64,000 bases of DNA from Eledone cirrhosa (GCA_964016885.1 OZ024759.1:12152001-12216000); one strand, 5' to 3'; numbered from the stretch's first letter, positions 55,701 through 63,928 are shown. Translations and numbers: made by a program. The notes: generated from the sequence alone by a model not told the origin.

Positions 55701-58700
55701 CACGTCCATAGTGGTACAGTCGGAAAATCTAGTCGATATCTATCGGCCAGGTCAAATCGGCCGATTAACCTTTTGAGGCTTTTACACCCCCCTCTATTGG
55801 CACATGCCCCTACATAGTCCCAACGTGCATCCAGGATACCATTCCAGTCCCCCACTAAAAGCAAGGAGCGGGACGTTCCCAGAAAAGTTTCCAGACGTTG
55901 GAAGTATTCCGGCCGCGCTGCCCAAAAAGGGGCGTACACAGCTATTAGTCTAAGGGCTCCACTTTCACTACTGCCGACGTCTAAAACCACCAGTCGACCC
56001 TCCGGGTCCAGGTGCACCTTCTGTATGGCGAGGCCCAGGTGTTTTCGCAGCAGAACGACAACTCCACCCCCACCCCCCGGTTGACAGAGAGATGCGAAGA
56101 TCTCAAAGTCGTCGAAGAGGGGCGCCAGTTGGTGCTCGCTGCTGATCCTGGACTCGCAAATAGCCATTACATCCATTCTATGCGACCTGAGATCGTTTAA
56201 AAGTTTGCCTTGTTTCCAAGACAGTCCCAGGCCACGTACATTCAGACACCCAACTCTTATATCAGCCATGTTGGTTAAAAGAGGAAGGACCTACCTGTTC
56301 GGCTCCTGAGGAGCAGGTTGCACAATATCCATGGGCGTATTGGAGGGGTTGTTTGGTGGGGTGTTGTTCTGTGGTGGAGTGGGGGTGTTTGGTGAGGTGT
56401 GGGTGGGGAAACGTTTCAAGAGGACGCGGTTATAGGGTCGAGTACATGTTTTCCCCACGTCCTCAGGAAAGTTCTCTCTTAGTTTTGCATAGGTGTCCAT
56501 TGGGAGTCTTATCATTTTTAAATGCGGTTTGTTGGCCGCGCTTGCAAAGAATTGTCCTTCAGTTTCCACCAAAGGGTCTTTGTGTATTGTTTTTACTAGT
56601 TCTTTGTTATTTGTGTTAATGTATGTATACTGTTTTATTTGTGTTGTGTTTGTTTGTTGTTCTTGTGTGTGCTTACGTTTTGTTGTATGTGTTATGTTTT
56701 GGGGTGGGGCGGATTTTGTTTGTTCTGTTTGTTTTGTTTTTGTTGGTGGTTGTGTGTTTGTTTCGTTTATGTTCGAGTGGTGCTTTCTTTTTTTCCTTTT
56801 TACAGGTTGGAAGGGTTCCCCCTCTTCGTCACTAGGTGCCGTTTCCGCTGGGTCCTCGTCCGTGCTGTCGGGTAGTGGTGTATTTTGGGGTTTTGTTGTA
56901 TTTGTGTGTGTTTTGGGAGTTGTTTTGGGTGGGGCCGTGTCTTGTGTTATTTTTCCCTGTTGTTTTTGTTGTTGTTGTGGTGGTGGTGGTGGTGGTGGAG
57001 GTGTTGGTGGTGGTGGTGGTGGCGGTGTGTGGGGTGTAGGCAAAAGAGCCTTTTTTTTTGTCAATTGAGGACAAGCAGCCCTTAGATGACCCCTGCTTGA
57101 ACAGTAGTAACATATGGGCCTCCTACCCTCGGCTGAAATATATATAAATGTTTCTCCATCGAGGGACACCCTCTGTGGTATTCTAGCGATTCGTTCTGGT
57201 CTCATTTGGACCAGAACCTCCACGCTCAAACCGCCGAAAACGTCTGTGGTGACTTCTCCTACTGAGAGGATTCCGTCCTCGTCTTCTAAAAACCCTGTTA
57301 GTACCCAGGAAATGCATGCATTTGGCCGGATTCCGGAGACCCTTATCTTCTGCGTTCTTTTCCCTAAATATGTGGGGAAAAATGTATGTAGCTTGGAAAC
57401 AATTGGTGCCACAGAGTATTTCCTGGCCGTCAATTGATCCTTCATTAGGACCGTTATATTCCCATAGAGTGGCCCTTTTTGTATGAACGATATATCACTC
57501 CACACATTTTTTAGGACCAGCTCAATCTCTTTTTGGGATAATTGAGTTGGTTTCCTTGTTATGTTGGAAATTGTTCTGAAAGATATCGTTCTTAGCGTCG
57601 TGTCTCTTTTGATTTCTTGTGGGGAGGTGATTGTGAAGTCTCCTCCTTCTTTGAAAGTTACATACTGTTTCGCTTCCTTCATCTTTTCTCTCAGAGTTGT
57701 AATGTCCAGTTGCTTGCAGGTTTGTGTTTTCCGGACCGCCTGTGCAAAGGAGGTACCAGTAGTGGGTTCGCTTTGTTTGGTGTTATCGTTATTTTTTCCT
57801 TGGTTGGTGTTGTGACTATTGCTGTTATTGTCGTTGTTGTTTTTGTCTGCGTTTATGTGACTTTCTGGGTTTTCACCCATTTTTTCAAGTTTTTCTTTTA
57901 TTTCCGTGTTCCATGTTTCTTTTGCAGAAGTCAGGAGGGAAGACTTAGAGCCTTGTGCTTCTAGCTTCTCTGTATCACCTTTCTTAGGGGGCGTGGCTTT
58001 CACGTTAGGATGAGATGTGAAAATTCCGTCCATTTCTATTAGTTTGCCGTAATAAATTTTTAACTGGAAAATTCGCCCCAAAAAGGGGCGAAAATAAATA
58101 AACTCAAAGTTTGACGACCAAGGCAAGGGGTTAACGTATATTACAGTATAAAAAAATTAATCAAAACTCACTTTTTGAGTAAGTAAATCCGACTCGGTAG
58201 CCGAGCTTGTTCACACACGTCAACACACGTCTCTCGTATACGAGATGTTATGTGAGATATTATGTGAGGTAAAGCCTTTACTGCGAAAATACAATAGTAT
58301 ATATAGAGTAATGTAAATGTTATGTGAGATATTATGTGAGGTAAAGCCTTTACTGTGAAAATACAATAGTATATGTAGAGTAATGTAAATGTTATGTGAG
58401 ATATGTAAGGTAAAGCCTTTACTGTGATATTATAATAGTATATATAGAGTAATGTAAATATTATGTGAGGTAAAGCCTTTACTGTGAAAATACAATAGTA
58501 TATATAGAGTAATGTAAATGTTATGTGAGATATTATGTGAGGTAAAGCCTTTACTGTGAACATACAATAGTATATATAGAGTAATGTAAATGTTATGTGA
58601 GGTAAAGCCTTTACTGTGAAAATACAATAGTATATGTAGAGTAATGTAAATGTTATGTGAGATATTATGTGAGGTAAAGCCTTTACTGTGAAAATACAAT

Positions 58701-59720
58701 AGTATATATAGAGTAATGTAAATGTTATGTGAGATATTATGTGAGGTAAAGCCTTTACTGTGAAAATACAATAGTATATATAGAGTAATGTAAATGTTAT
58801 GTGAGATATTATGTGAGGTAAAGCCTTTACTGTGAAAATACAATAGTATATATAGAGTAATGTAAATGTTATGTGAGATATTATGTGAGGTAAAACCTTT
58901 ACTCTGAAAATACAATAGTATATATAGAGTAATGTAAATGTTATGTGAGATATTATGTGAGGTAAAGCTTTTACCGTTGAAATACAATAGTATATATAGA
59001 GTAATGTAAATGTTATGTGAGATATTATGTGAGGTAAAGCCTTTACTGTGAAAATACAATAGTATATGTAGAGTAATGTAAATGTTATGTGAGATATTAT
59101 GTGAGGTAAAGCCTTTACTGTGAACATACAATAGTATATATAGAGTAATGTAAATGTTATGTGAGATATTATGTGAGGTAAAGCCTTTACCGTTGAAATA
59201 CAATAGTATATATAGAGTAATGTAAATGTTATGTGAGATATTATGTGAGGTAAAGCCTTTACTATGAAAATACAATAGTATATATAGAGTAATGTAAATG
59301 TTATGTGAGATATTATGTGAGGTAACGCCTTTACTGTGAACATACAATAGAATATATAGAGTAATGTAAATGTTATGTGAGATATTATGTGAGGTAAAGC
59401 CTTTACTGTGAACATACAATAGTATATGTAGAGTAATGTAAATGTTATGTGAGATATTATGTGAGGTAAAGCCTTTACTGTGAACATACAATAGTATATA
59501 TAGAGTAATGTAAATGTTATGTGAGATATTATGTGAGGTAACGCCTTTACTGTGAACATACAATAGTATATATAGAGTAATGTAAATGTTATATGAGGTA
59601 TTATGTGAGGTAAAGCCTTTACTGTGAAAATACAATAGTATATATAGAGTAATGTAAATGTTAAAGGGTTAAATTTACTTACATCGTCTTCTAGAAGATG
59701 ATCTGGAATTCATCTTGTAC
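22304..59720 (-). CDS. IQCE: IQ motif containing E orthologue, 18 exons, about 615 aa
   Basis: Phase-consistent exon chain. [65 protein letters not shown] and [10 protein letters not shown] match human IQCE motifs as recalled. IQ-like motifs [26 protein letters not shown] and [15 protein letters not shown] lie near the C terminus. Confidence 0.9.
22370..22720 (+). mobile_element. Probable Helitron 5' fragment
   Basis: TCTATATTTATAAAAATGAAAATGTCTGTCTGTG resembles the 5' end at 49476. Confidence 0.5.
22733..23945. repeat. 36-bp palindromic minisatellite, about 33 copies
   Basis: GTTATGAATTGTTGGAAAAGA(G/A)TTCATAACTTTGAA. Confidence 0.95.
24726..24910 (-). CDS. IQCE: IQCE exon with two IQ-like motifs ([18 protein letters not shown]...[16 protein letters not shown]...VF)
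   Basis: ctccag / gtatgt. Confidence 0.87.
25097..26253. mobile_element. piggyBac-type MITE with about 14 tandem 72-bp units
   Basis: TTAA|CCCTTTAG...CTAAAGGG|TTAA, intact TTAA on both sides. Confidence 0.85.
26264..26359 (-). CDS. IQCE: IQCE exon with IQ motif ([32 protein letters not shown])
   Basis: caacag / gtagga; IQxxWR motif. Confidence 0.87.
27131..27245 (-). CDS. IQCE: IQCE exon ([14 protein letters not shown]...PQTP)
   Basis: tttcag / gtaaga. Confidence 0.83.
28279..28377 (-). CDS. IQCE: IQCE exon ([18 protein letters not shown]...RRS)
   Basis: ctgtag / gtattt. Confidence 0.82.
28528..28910. repeat. 70-bp tandem repeat, alternating A/B units
   Basis: TTCCTAACTAAATG at 28561, 28631, 28701, 28771 and 28840. 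Confidence 0.9.
28928..29081 (-). CDS. IQCE: IQCE exon ([19 protein letters not shown]...KAEEL)
   Basis: cctcag / gtaagg; ORF 28924-29121. Confidence 0.87.
29153..29735. repeat. 48-bp minisatellite containing a MITE terminus
   Basis: GTCTTTCATTAGAAATATGGTAATGAAAGGGTTAATGACATAGACAGT. Confidence 0.9.
29887..29962 (-). CDS. IQCE: IQCE exon ([25 protein letters not shown])
   Basis: ttacag / gtgagt. Confidence 0.85.
30290..31270. repeat. 28-bp minisatellite, about 35 copies
   Basis: CAGTCGACATAATCACCCCTTCCTTCCT. Confidence 0.92.
31355..31413 (-). CDS. IQCE: IQCE exon ([19 protein letters not shown])
   Basis: ttccag / gtatgt. Confidence 0.82.
31446..32433. repeat. 72-bp satellite in a truncated piggyBac-type MITE (opposite orientation), cut by a Helitron 3' end
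   Basis: CCCTTTACC terminus followed by about 13 units. Confidence 0.8.
32434..32500 (-). mobile_element. Helitron 3' end
   Basis: Minus strand CCCGTGCAACGCCGGG-ATACACTG-CTAG|T, at the A|T of a satellite unit. Confidence 0.75.
32888..33420 (-). mobile_element. Tx1 ORF2 fragment
   Basis: ORF 32840-33409 closely matches ORF2 ([33 protein letters not shown]). Confidence 0.9.
33907..34244 (-). CDS. IQCE: IQCE exon (PVKESG...[10 protein letters not shown]...SEAD)
   Basis: tttcag / gtaagt; overlaps ORF 33716-34210. Confidence 0.88.
34777..34884 (-). CDS. IQCE: IQCE exon ([35 protein letters not shown])
   Basis: ttccag / gtaaga. Confidence 0.9.
34987..35057 (-). CDS. IQCE: IQCE exon ([23 protein letters not shown])
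   Basis: gacag / gtaagg. Confidence 0.9.
35217..35267 (-). CDS. IQCE: IQCE exon ([17 protein letters not shown])
   Basis: tgatag / gtaagt. Confidence 0.88.
35965..37062. repeat. 48-bp minisatellite, about 23 copies
   Basis: CACCAGCACTACCACTTTACAGAGTGTACTGGGTGCTTTACACTGTGA. Confidence 0.92.
37097..37132 (-). CDS. IQCE: IQCE exon ([12 protein letters not shown])
   Basis: tttcag / gtgagt, 36 nt. Confidence 0.88.
37183..39010. repeat. Degenerate pentanucleotide satellite (CACCA/CACTA/TACCA)n
   Basis: Direct inspection; gives H/T/P/Y pseudo-ORFs in all three frames. Confidence 0.95.
40607..40698 (+). ncRNA. Hammerhead-like motif with variant core
   Basis: ACCCC-CTGAGAA-..CGGCTA..TAGCCG..-GAAA-CGGCT..AGCCG-TC^-GGGGT; inverted copy at 39825-39920. 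Confidence 0.55.
40769..40833 (-). ncRNA. Type I minimal hammerhead ribozyme motif (left arm of inverted repeat)
   Basis: Reverse complement of 40952-41016. Confidence 0.72.
40952..41016 (+). ncRNA. Type I minimal hammerhead ribozyme motif
   Basis: TATTTTAT-CTGATGA-AAGCACACCA..TGGTGTCCTT-GAAA-TA[TG]TA-TA^-ATGAAATA. Confidence 0.75.
42645..42722 (-). CDS. IQCE: IQCE exon ([26 protein letters not shown])
   Basis: gttag / gtcagt; KLRRLEE motif. Confidence 0.9.
42784..43546. repeat. 30-bp minisatellite
   Basis: GAGCAGAGATATCTAAGACCTCTCTTATCA. Confidence 0.92.
43594..43667 (-). CDS. IQCE: IQCE exon ([24 protein letters not shown])
   Basis: ttacag / gtttgt; strong motif match. Confidence 0.9.
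43682..44219. repeat. (CAGA/TAGA)n tetranucleotide satellite
   Basis: Direct inspection. Confidence 0.9.
44354..44503 (-). CDS. IQCE: IQCE exon (YSTENTG...[10 protein letters not shown])
   Basis: tgtcag / gtaggt, phase 1-1. Confidence 0.75.
44652..45490. repeat. 47-bp SINE-derived minisatellite
   Basis: CCAGTCCACACTGTAAAGTGGTCGTGTAGGTGTCACAACAAAAAGCA. Confidence 0.9.
46172..46605 (+). mobile_element. RTE LINE 3' fragment with (GAT)n tail
   Basis: [17 protein letters not shown]; near-identical to the reverse complement of 10710-11120. Confidence 0.9.
47365..47686. mobile_element. hAT-type MITE
   Basis: TIR CAGAGGTTCT / AGAACCTCTG; perfect 8-bp TSD GTCTAGAT. Confidence 0.9.
47750..47839 (-). 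CDS. IQCE: IQCE exon ([29 protein letters not shown])
   Basis: tctcag / gtaact, phase 1-1. Confidence 0.8.
48842..50545. repeat. 108-bp tandem repeat interrupted by the Helitron
   Basis: CATCATAATTTTATGCAAGAACCTTTGTTAAGTTATGTTCCAAAC recurring. Confidence 0.9.
49476..50403 (+). mobile_element. Complete non-autonomous Helitron
   Basis: 5' TCTATCTATATATATAAAA; 3' hairpin CCCGAGCAACGCCGGG then CTAG; inserted at A|T with no TSD inside a 108-bp unit that resumes exactly. Confidence 0.9.
53033..56269 (-). CDS. LINE ORF2: APE endonuclease + reverse transcriptase + C-terminal zinc finger (1078 aa; frame continues past TAA to TAG at 52829)
   Basis: NVRGL, GDWNG, LDRV, SDH (APE); KSPGLDG, RPITLLN, QGCPLS, YADD (RT); [14 protein letters not shown]. 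Confidence 0.97.
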   Translation of the reverse strand: MADIRVGCLNVRGLGLSWKQGKLLNDLRSHRMDVMAICESRISSEHQLAPLFDDFEIFASLCQPGGGGGVVVLLRKHLGLAIQKVHLDPEGRLVVLDVGSSESGALRLIAVYAPFWAARPEYFQRLETFLGTSRSLLLVGDWNGILDARWDYVGACANRGGCKSLKRLIGRFDLADRYRLDFPTVPLWTWTNRSGTSRSYLDRVLVRENDRDTFSCPKMFMVDYSDHKLVTCIANLDRTHRQGPGYWKLNLSLPRSKAYSKRISTLVKQSLTGAIVNNRWWSSLKRAIRIESIGFSQELARDRNKTERELVDRVEEAIRSGNVAGVLASRMALDQFFEVKHEGCVVRSKIRALGNEGAKAVSWARVTEAKSGNKSTIRSLKDQDGRVILEPGQMCAAFQRHFARLFERGGAPGETMDFNPYLDGLPRLSDAEAKSCERTISAAEIGAALSQCGKRKSPGLDGLPYELYVAMPDLFSDILEAVYCNWQQNGRIPSSVTKGVVTLVRKDENKGDDISNFRPITLLNTELKILAKVLAKRLALVVGNLVGEAQTCAIPSRSIHDNLHLMRYIIERVGNEPGFGGALINLDQSKAFDRVDHRYLDAVLAAAGFGPVFRGWIAAMHSSNVCSRVKVNGHLSEPFQIMRSIRQGCPLSSLLYVLALEPLLRKLERLQGIPLEPGLQKAASAYADDVTVMVSKTSQIGEIGTLLEEYERFTGAKLNRDKSVGLQLGTWRGKPMPSNDVVGRWTEGPVKLLGVWFGPDLQVEKNWNEVTARVFALTQKWAQCKLSLKGRAEVANTYIASVIYYRLTVVPCPVKRLAKMECALFQFLWNKRTPLVRRSICCQHPSKGGLGMPWLQMRKHALRLRHLQVFLTGQPVWAPFVRRAFPRLVSLTELQSWVKQRPRKVGDWHIECAQALTALWKADPAISGDSTSTFYRGLVRSRCDDALGEALGMEEDELASLFGRTFGPGPMDNFQKSLAWQCYRGALPVRDKLHRHGSLGRDPLNKICPRCVHDDETVAHAFVHCPGIADLWGYVERLLSRVGPIRLTTESIVTIKPPPPFKNEGEAVFFLCVVAMAK
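56291..58033 (-). CDS. LINE ORF1 (gag-like, CCHC zinc knuckle), 580 aa from the first ATG
   Basis: [14 protein letters not shown] knuckle, SFAQAV motif, P/Q/T-rich tail, basic PVKRKKRK; the ORF track starts at an upstream TTG (58126). Confidence 0.9.
   Translation of the reverse strand: MDGIFTSHPNVKATPPKKGDTEKLEAQGSKSSLLTSAKETWNTEIKEKLEKMGENPESHINADKNNNDNNSNSHNTNQGKNNDNTKQSEPTTGTSFAQAVRKTQTCKQLDITTLREKMKEAKQYVTFKEGGDFTITSPQEIKRDTTLRTISFRTISNITRKPTQLSQKEIELVLKNVWSDISFIQKGPLYGNITVLMKDQLTARKYSVAPIVSKLHTFFPTYLGKRTQKIRVSGIRPNACISWVLTGFLEDEDGILSVGEVTTDVFGGLSVEVLVQMRPERIARIPQRVSLDGETFIYISAEGRRPICYYCSSRGHLRAACPQLTKKKALLPTPHTPPPPPPPTPPPPPPPPQQQQKQQGKITQDTAPPKTTPKTHTNTTKPQNTPLPDSTDEDPAETAPSDEEGEPFQPVKRKKRKHHSNINETNTQPPTKTKQTEQTKSAPPQNITHTTKRKHTQEQQTNTTQIKQYTYINTNNKELVKTIHKDPLVETEGQFFASAANKPHLKMIRLPMDTYAKLRENFPEDVGKTCTRPYNRVLLKRFPTHTSPNTPTPPQNNTPPNNPSNTPMDIVQPAPQEPNR
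59683..59720 (-). CDS. IQCE: IQCE exon ([12 protein letters not shown]), may contain the start ATG
   Basis: ctttag acceptor, gtaagt donor; phase 1 fits exon 47750-47839. Confidence 0.65.
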
Positions 59721-60558
59721 CTAAAGACAGAAAATACAAAATATTTTGAAAACATGAAATACAAATTAAGATGAGAGACAATGGTTTGTAATCTGGGCAA
59801 AAGAGGGCAGTGGGTGGCAATAATCGGTAGAGCATCGGGCGACGTGCTTTATGACATACTGTTATGGCCCTTTACATTCTAACTTCAAATCCAAGGTTAG
59901 CTTTGACTTTAATTCTTACGGGGCTGACAAAATAAAGTACCAGTAATGCACTGGTGTCAATTTAATTGACTTTTCCCTCCCTTCAACAGTCTCATCTCCT
60001 CAGTCAACCTCTGGAAATCACTACAGTTTTGGTTAATTAAGGTTAATACCATTCATTCCAGTTCACATTGGGACTTAACAAAACAGGTAGAGACAAAGTA
60101 TACCTTTAGGGGAATTACACAAATATAGAGTGTACAAGGGCTTAGCTAAAGGAGAGAAATATAGAAAGGAGAGAAATAGTAAAACAGAAGAAAATAAGGA
60201 CTGTTGTCCAACGTGTGGACAAAGGACACTGAGGCGTATGAAAGGTAAGAAGGGAGAATAGGGGAAAACATGCTGAGTGGTGTGATGTCTATTATATGGT
60301 AGTTAAAAAAAAAGACCGGATAGCTTTAGAATATAAATTCAAAATAGGGATTGCACAGGACAAAAACAATGGAATATATATATACAATATATTAACAAAT
60401 GGAAACTATATTTATAAAACCATATTTATTTCATTATACATATTTCAAGGGCCATCAAGGCAAATTATGGTGCGCTTTCAATTATGGTGGATTCCAACCA
60501 GAATGGTTACATTTTTTCAGGGTATGTCAATATTTATTTATAAAACTAACCTATATTA

Positions 60559-60624
60559 TATTTTATCTGATGAAAGCGCACCATAATTTGCCTTGGTGGC
60601 CCTTGAAATATGTATAATGAAATA
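60559..60624 (+). ncRNA. Type I minimal hammerhead ribozyme motif (same family as 40952)
   Basis: TATTTTAT-CTGATGA-AAGCGCACCA..TGGTGGCCCTT-GAAA-TATGTA-TA^-ATGAAATA; truncated inverted copy near 60427-60480. Confidence 0.72.
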
Positions 60625-60625
60625 A

Positions 60626-60660
<35 letters not shown>

Positions 60661-61435
60661 CAGGTATATAGAGAGGAAGAATTTACCCCAGTACTTTACA
60701 GGTACTGTATTTTATCAACTTGAAAAGGATAAAAAGCAAAGTTGACTTCGGTGGAATTTGAATTCAGAACATAAAACTCCGGAACAAACCATATCTGACT
60801 CCAATCCAACTCCTGCTGATGAACAAATTAATTATTTGGTTTATTTTTATCTTATTTTTTGTGTTTTCATTGTTGTTGTTGTTGTTGTTGTTGTTAATGT
60901 AATGAGAAAATCTGACAACCACAGGCGTTAATAAGTTTACAGAGGATATATTTAATTATATAATTAACATAATTAGAAATAATTAATTGAGATTAGTGAA
61001 GGCATATTGGTTTGGGAAGGATTGATGAGGAATGAAAACATCACTGGAATACATAACTTATTAATGAAGTGAACAAAACATAAATAGTGTAGGGCAGAGG
61101 TTCTCAAATTTTGGGGCCACTTCCCCCCCCCCCCCCCCCCTTCACAGCCATGGTAATACCCTCAGCACCCCCAATCCTATTTCCAGAGAGACCTGCCTAC
61201 ACGCAAATTGTAAATAATATATAATAAATAAAATCGTTAATTTATATATAATGATTTCTACTTTAGGCACAAGGCCAGTAATTTAAAGGGGGGGGGGGGG
61301 GTCGATTAAATCAACCCAGTGCACTACTGGTACTTTATTTTATTAACCCCGTAAGGATGAAAGGCAAAGTTAACCTTGGCGGGATATGAACTCTCAATTT
61401 ATATATAATAAATAATAGTAACATGAGATAATTAT

Positions 61436-61493
61436 TTCATTTACCAGTGGTTTCTTGAAAGCAGATATATCTGTTTTCAGTCGTCAGAATGAA
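61436..61493 (-). ncRNA. Type I hammerhead ribozyme motif (left arm)
   Basis: Reverse complement of 61560-61617. Confidence 0.72.
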
Positions 61494-61559
61494 TAAAACA
61501 TGGTGTTTTTATTAAATATAGGTTTTCAAATCCATATTTAATAAAAACACCATGTTTTA

Positions 61560-61617
61560 TTCATTCTGACGACTGAAAACAGATATATCTGCTTTCAAGA
61601 AACCACTGGTAAATGAA
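61560..61617 (+). ncRNA. Type I hammerhead ribozyme motif
   Basis: TTCATT-CTGACGA-(C)TGAAAACAGAT..ATCTGCTTTCA(A)-GAAA-CC[ACT]GG-TA^-AATGAA. Confidence 0.75.
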
Positions 61618-62019
61618 ATAATTATCTTATGTTGTTTATTACATAACTAATAAGCTCTGTAGCCTACATAGAGCACTCTTTTTTCCTGTACCTTTCCGAC
61701 GGAATTACTTCATTCATACATATATAACAAATAATATAATATATACTATGTATAAATAAATATAAATTTTTTTATTTTACTATATTTATATATAATTGTT
61801 TCTACTTTAGGCACAAGGCCAGCAATTTCCCAGTGCATTACTGGTACTTTATTTTATCGACCCCGTAAGGATGAAAGGCAAAGTCAACCTCGGCGGGATT
61901 TGAACTCAGATCATAAAGGGACGTAACTATGCTGGAAAGCATGGTGTCCGACCCTCTACTGATACTGCCAATCCACCGCCCTATTTATATATAATATAAT
62001 AATAATAATAATGAAATTA

Positions 62020-62645
62020 TTGTGTACAGTGCTCAGGTGCACTACAACTCATCAAAGGTGCATGTATAGTACATAGAATAATGTACAAATGTCAGGAAAA
62101 TAAACAGTGTATGAGTCATGATATAATAATAATAACAATAAGGAAATATTGTGCACAGTGCCCAGGTGCACCACAACCCATCAAAAAAGTGCATGTACAG
62201 TACATAGGGCAATGCACAAACATCAGTAAAATGAACAGTGCACACATGTGTGCATGTGTATGGAAGGGGCACATCAGGTGTAGTTTTGGCGTATTTCGGG
62301 AAGCATGAGTGTCTTAAAGGATGCAGTGTCTCGGCAGCTAACAATTGACGCAGGCAGTTTGTTCCATGTTTCAGCAACTCTGAGCGTGAAAAAATGTCTG
62401 CGAAAGTCATGGGAGCTGTGCTGTTTTCTTATCTTGTAGGCATGTCCACGTGTGTTAGATACATGGAGATCAAAGAGGCGCTCAGGGTTGCAGTTGGCGA
62501 GATGGTTAAAAACTTTGTGGGTATTCACCAAGTCCACTGCCAGACGTCGGAGCTTCAATGAATCCATGCCCAGGGAAGCAAGGCGTTCAGAGTATGGTAG
62601 GTGTCTGATGGAGGGTATGCGCTTGGTTGCACGTCTCTGAACAGT
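62020..62645 (-). mobile_element. CR1-clade LINE 3' fragment
   Basis: VQRRATK..YSERL, LKLRR..DL, TRGH.YK, FFTLRV..WNKLP; (ATT)n tail; the 3' UTR is also present twice at about 24150-24445. Confidence 0.85.
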
Positions 62646-63877
62646 TTCATTTGATATTTAATATTTAATATACTATTATATCATCTCTACTGTCGTCCCC
62701 AACCATAACCTTAGGCACCGGCACCCCCTGGACCTTCTCATTGCCCCCACAAGGGGTGGTAGTACCCACATTGAGAACCTCTGATGTAGGATAACATTTA
62801 ACATCATCATCAGTACCAGTCAGATCAGTTGGAGATGGTTGCTTCTAACAGGACCCGCTGGAGAGAGTGTTTGAGGAGACAGGCACACATATGCTCATAC
62901 GCAGACACACAGACATACACACACATACACACCAATACAGTAACACGCAGAGACATAAAACCGATCCACTGACACACACACACACACAGACACATACATA
63001 CTGACACACACACACAAACACACACATATAGATACAGCAGAATAGATGTATTTTGTTGACACTAATACAATTGAATTGCAGAACTACTGTCGATTAGTCA
63101 ACATATCGATAATATGCAGGCTCATTTTGCCCTCTGAAACAATAGTAAGACAATGGATTAATTAAGCACTAAACCTTGCATTGTTTGTTTTCAGTGTTCT
63201 ACCTTTTATATATATATATATATATATATATAAAGAATGAATAATAACAGGTAGAGATCATAAAAAGGTAATATATTCCGTGTGCTTACAAATGTTTTCA
63301 CGGTGGTACTACAGCCTAGTTATGCTCTGTGCAAATTTACAAGTATTTGCAGAACTCAAATATCCAATGCTGTGACCACTGTATCCTCAGAGCAGAATAT
63401 AAATATATATATTAGTGGTTCGAGCATTGGCCTTGCAATCGAAAGGTTGTGAGTTCAAGGTTGTGAGTTCAATTCTCAGACCGGGTGATGTGTTGTTTCC
63501 TTGAGCAAGACACTTTATTTCACATTGCTCCAGTTTACTCAGCTGTAGAAATGAGTTGATAGGACTGGGGTCCCTATAATTCCACTGCAAAGTGGTTGTG
63601 GAGGTGCCACGGCCAAAAAATTACCCAACCCACACTGCAAAGTGGTCGTGGAGGTGCCGCGGCAAAAAAGCACCCAGGACATCCAGCTGTAGAAATCAAG
63701 CTAGAATCAGTTCCCTTGCAAGCAGGGTCGTAAAATGATGATGATATATATATATATATAACATTAAGAAATATGCTGATGTTACATAAATCGTTTTTCT
63801 CCATCGTAACTACACACATGTAGAGAGCTTTCTCCTATTTTGTTTTTTACCAAAATAACTTTTACTGAACACACACA

Positions 63878-63928
<51 letters not shown>

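Larger units (their letters stand above)
52592..58244 (-). mobile_element. Full-length Tx1/L1-clade non-LTR retrotransposon
   Basis: 5' UTR with GAGACGTG motif, ORF1, ORF2, 3' UTR ending AATAAAGAAACC; both ends abut 72-bp satellite units. Confidence 0.93.
51734..59668. mobile_element. piggyBac-type MITE with internal 72-bp satellite, interrupted by the Tx1 LINE
   Basis: TTAA|CCCTTTAG at 51730 and TAAAGGG|TTAA ending 59672; 72-bp arrays at about 51850-52591 and 58245-59660. Confidence 0.8.
61095..62783. mobile_element. Second copy of the hAT MITE (reversed) with nested insertions
   Basis: Same TIRs; flanks GTGTAGGG / ATGTAGGA (6/8); internal segments match 47365-47686 in reverse. Confidence 0.75.

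Noticed and set aside
53137-57964. Plus-strand and alternative-frame ORFs over the LINE
   Set aside because: Shadow ORFs of GC-richer coding sequence with no recognisable motifs
58034-58126. TTG start for LINE ORF1
   Set aside because: Eukaryotic element; the first ATG at 58033 is more plausible
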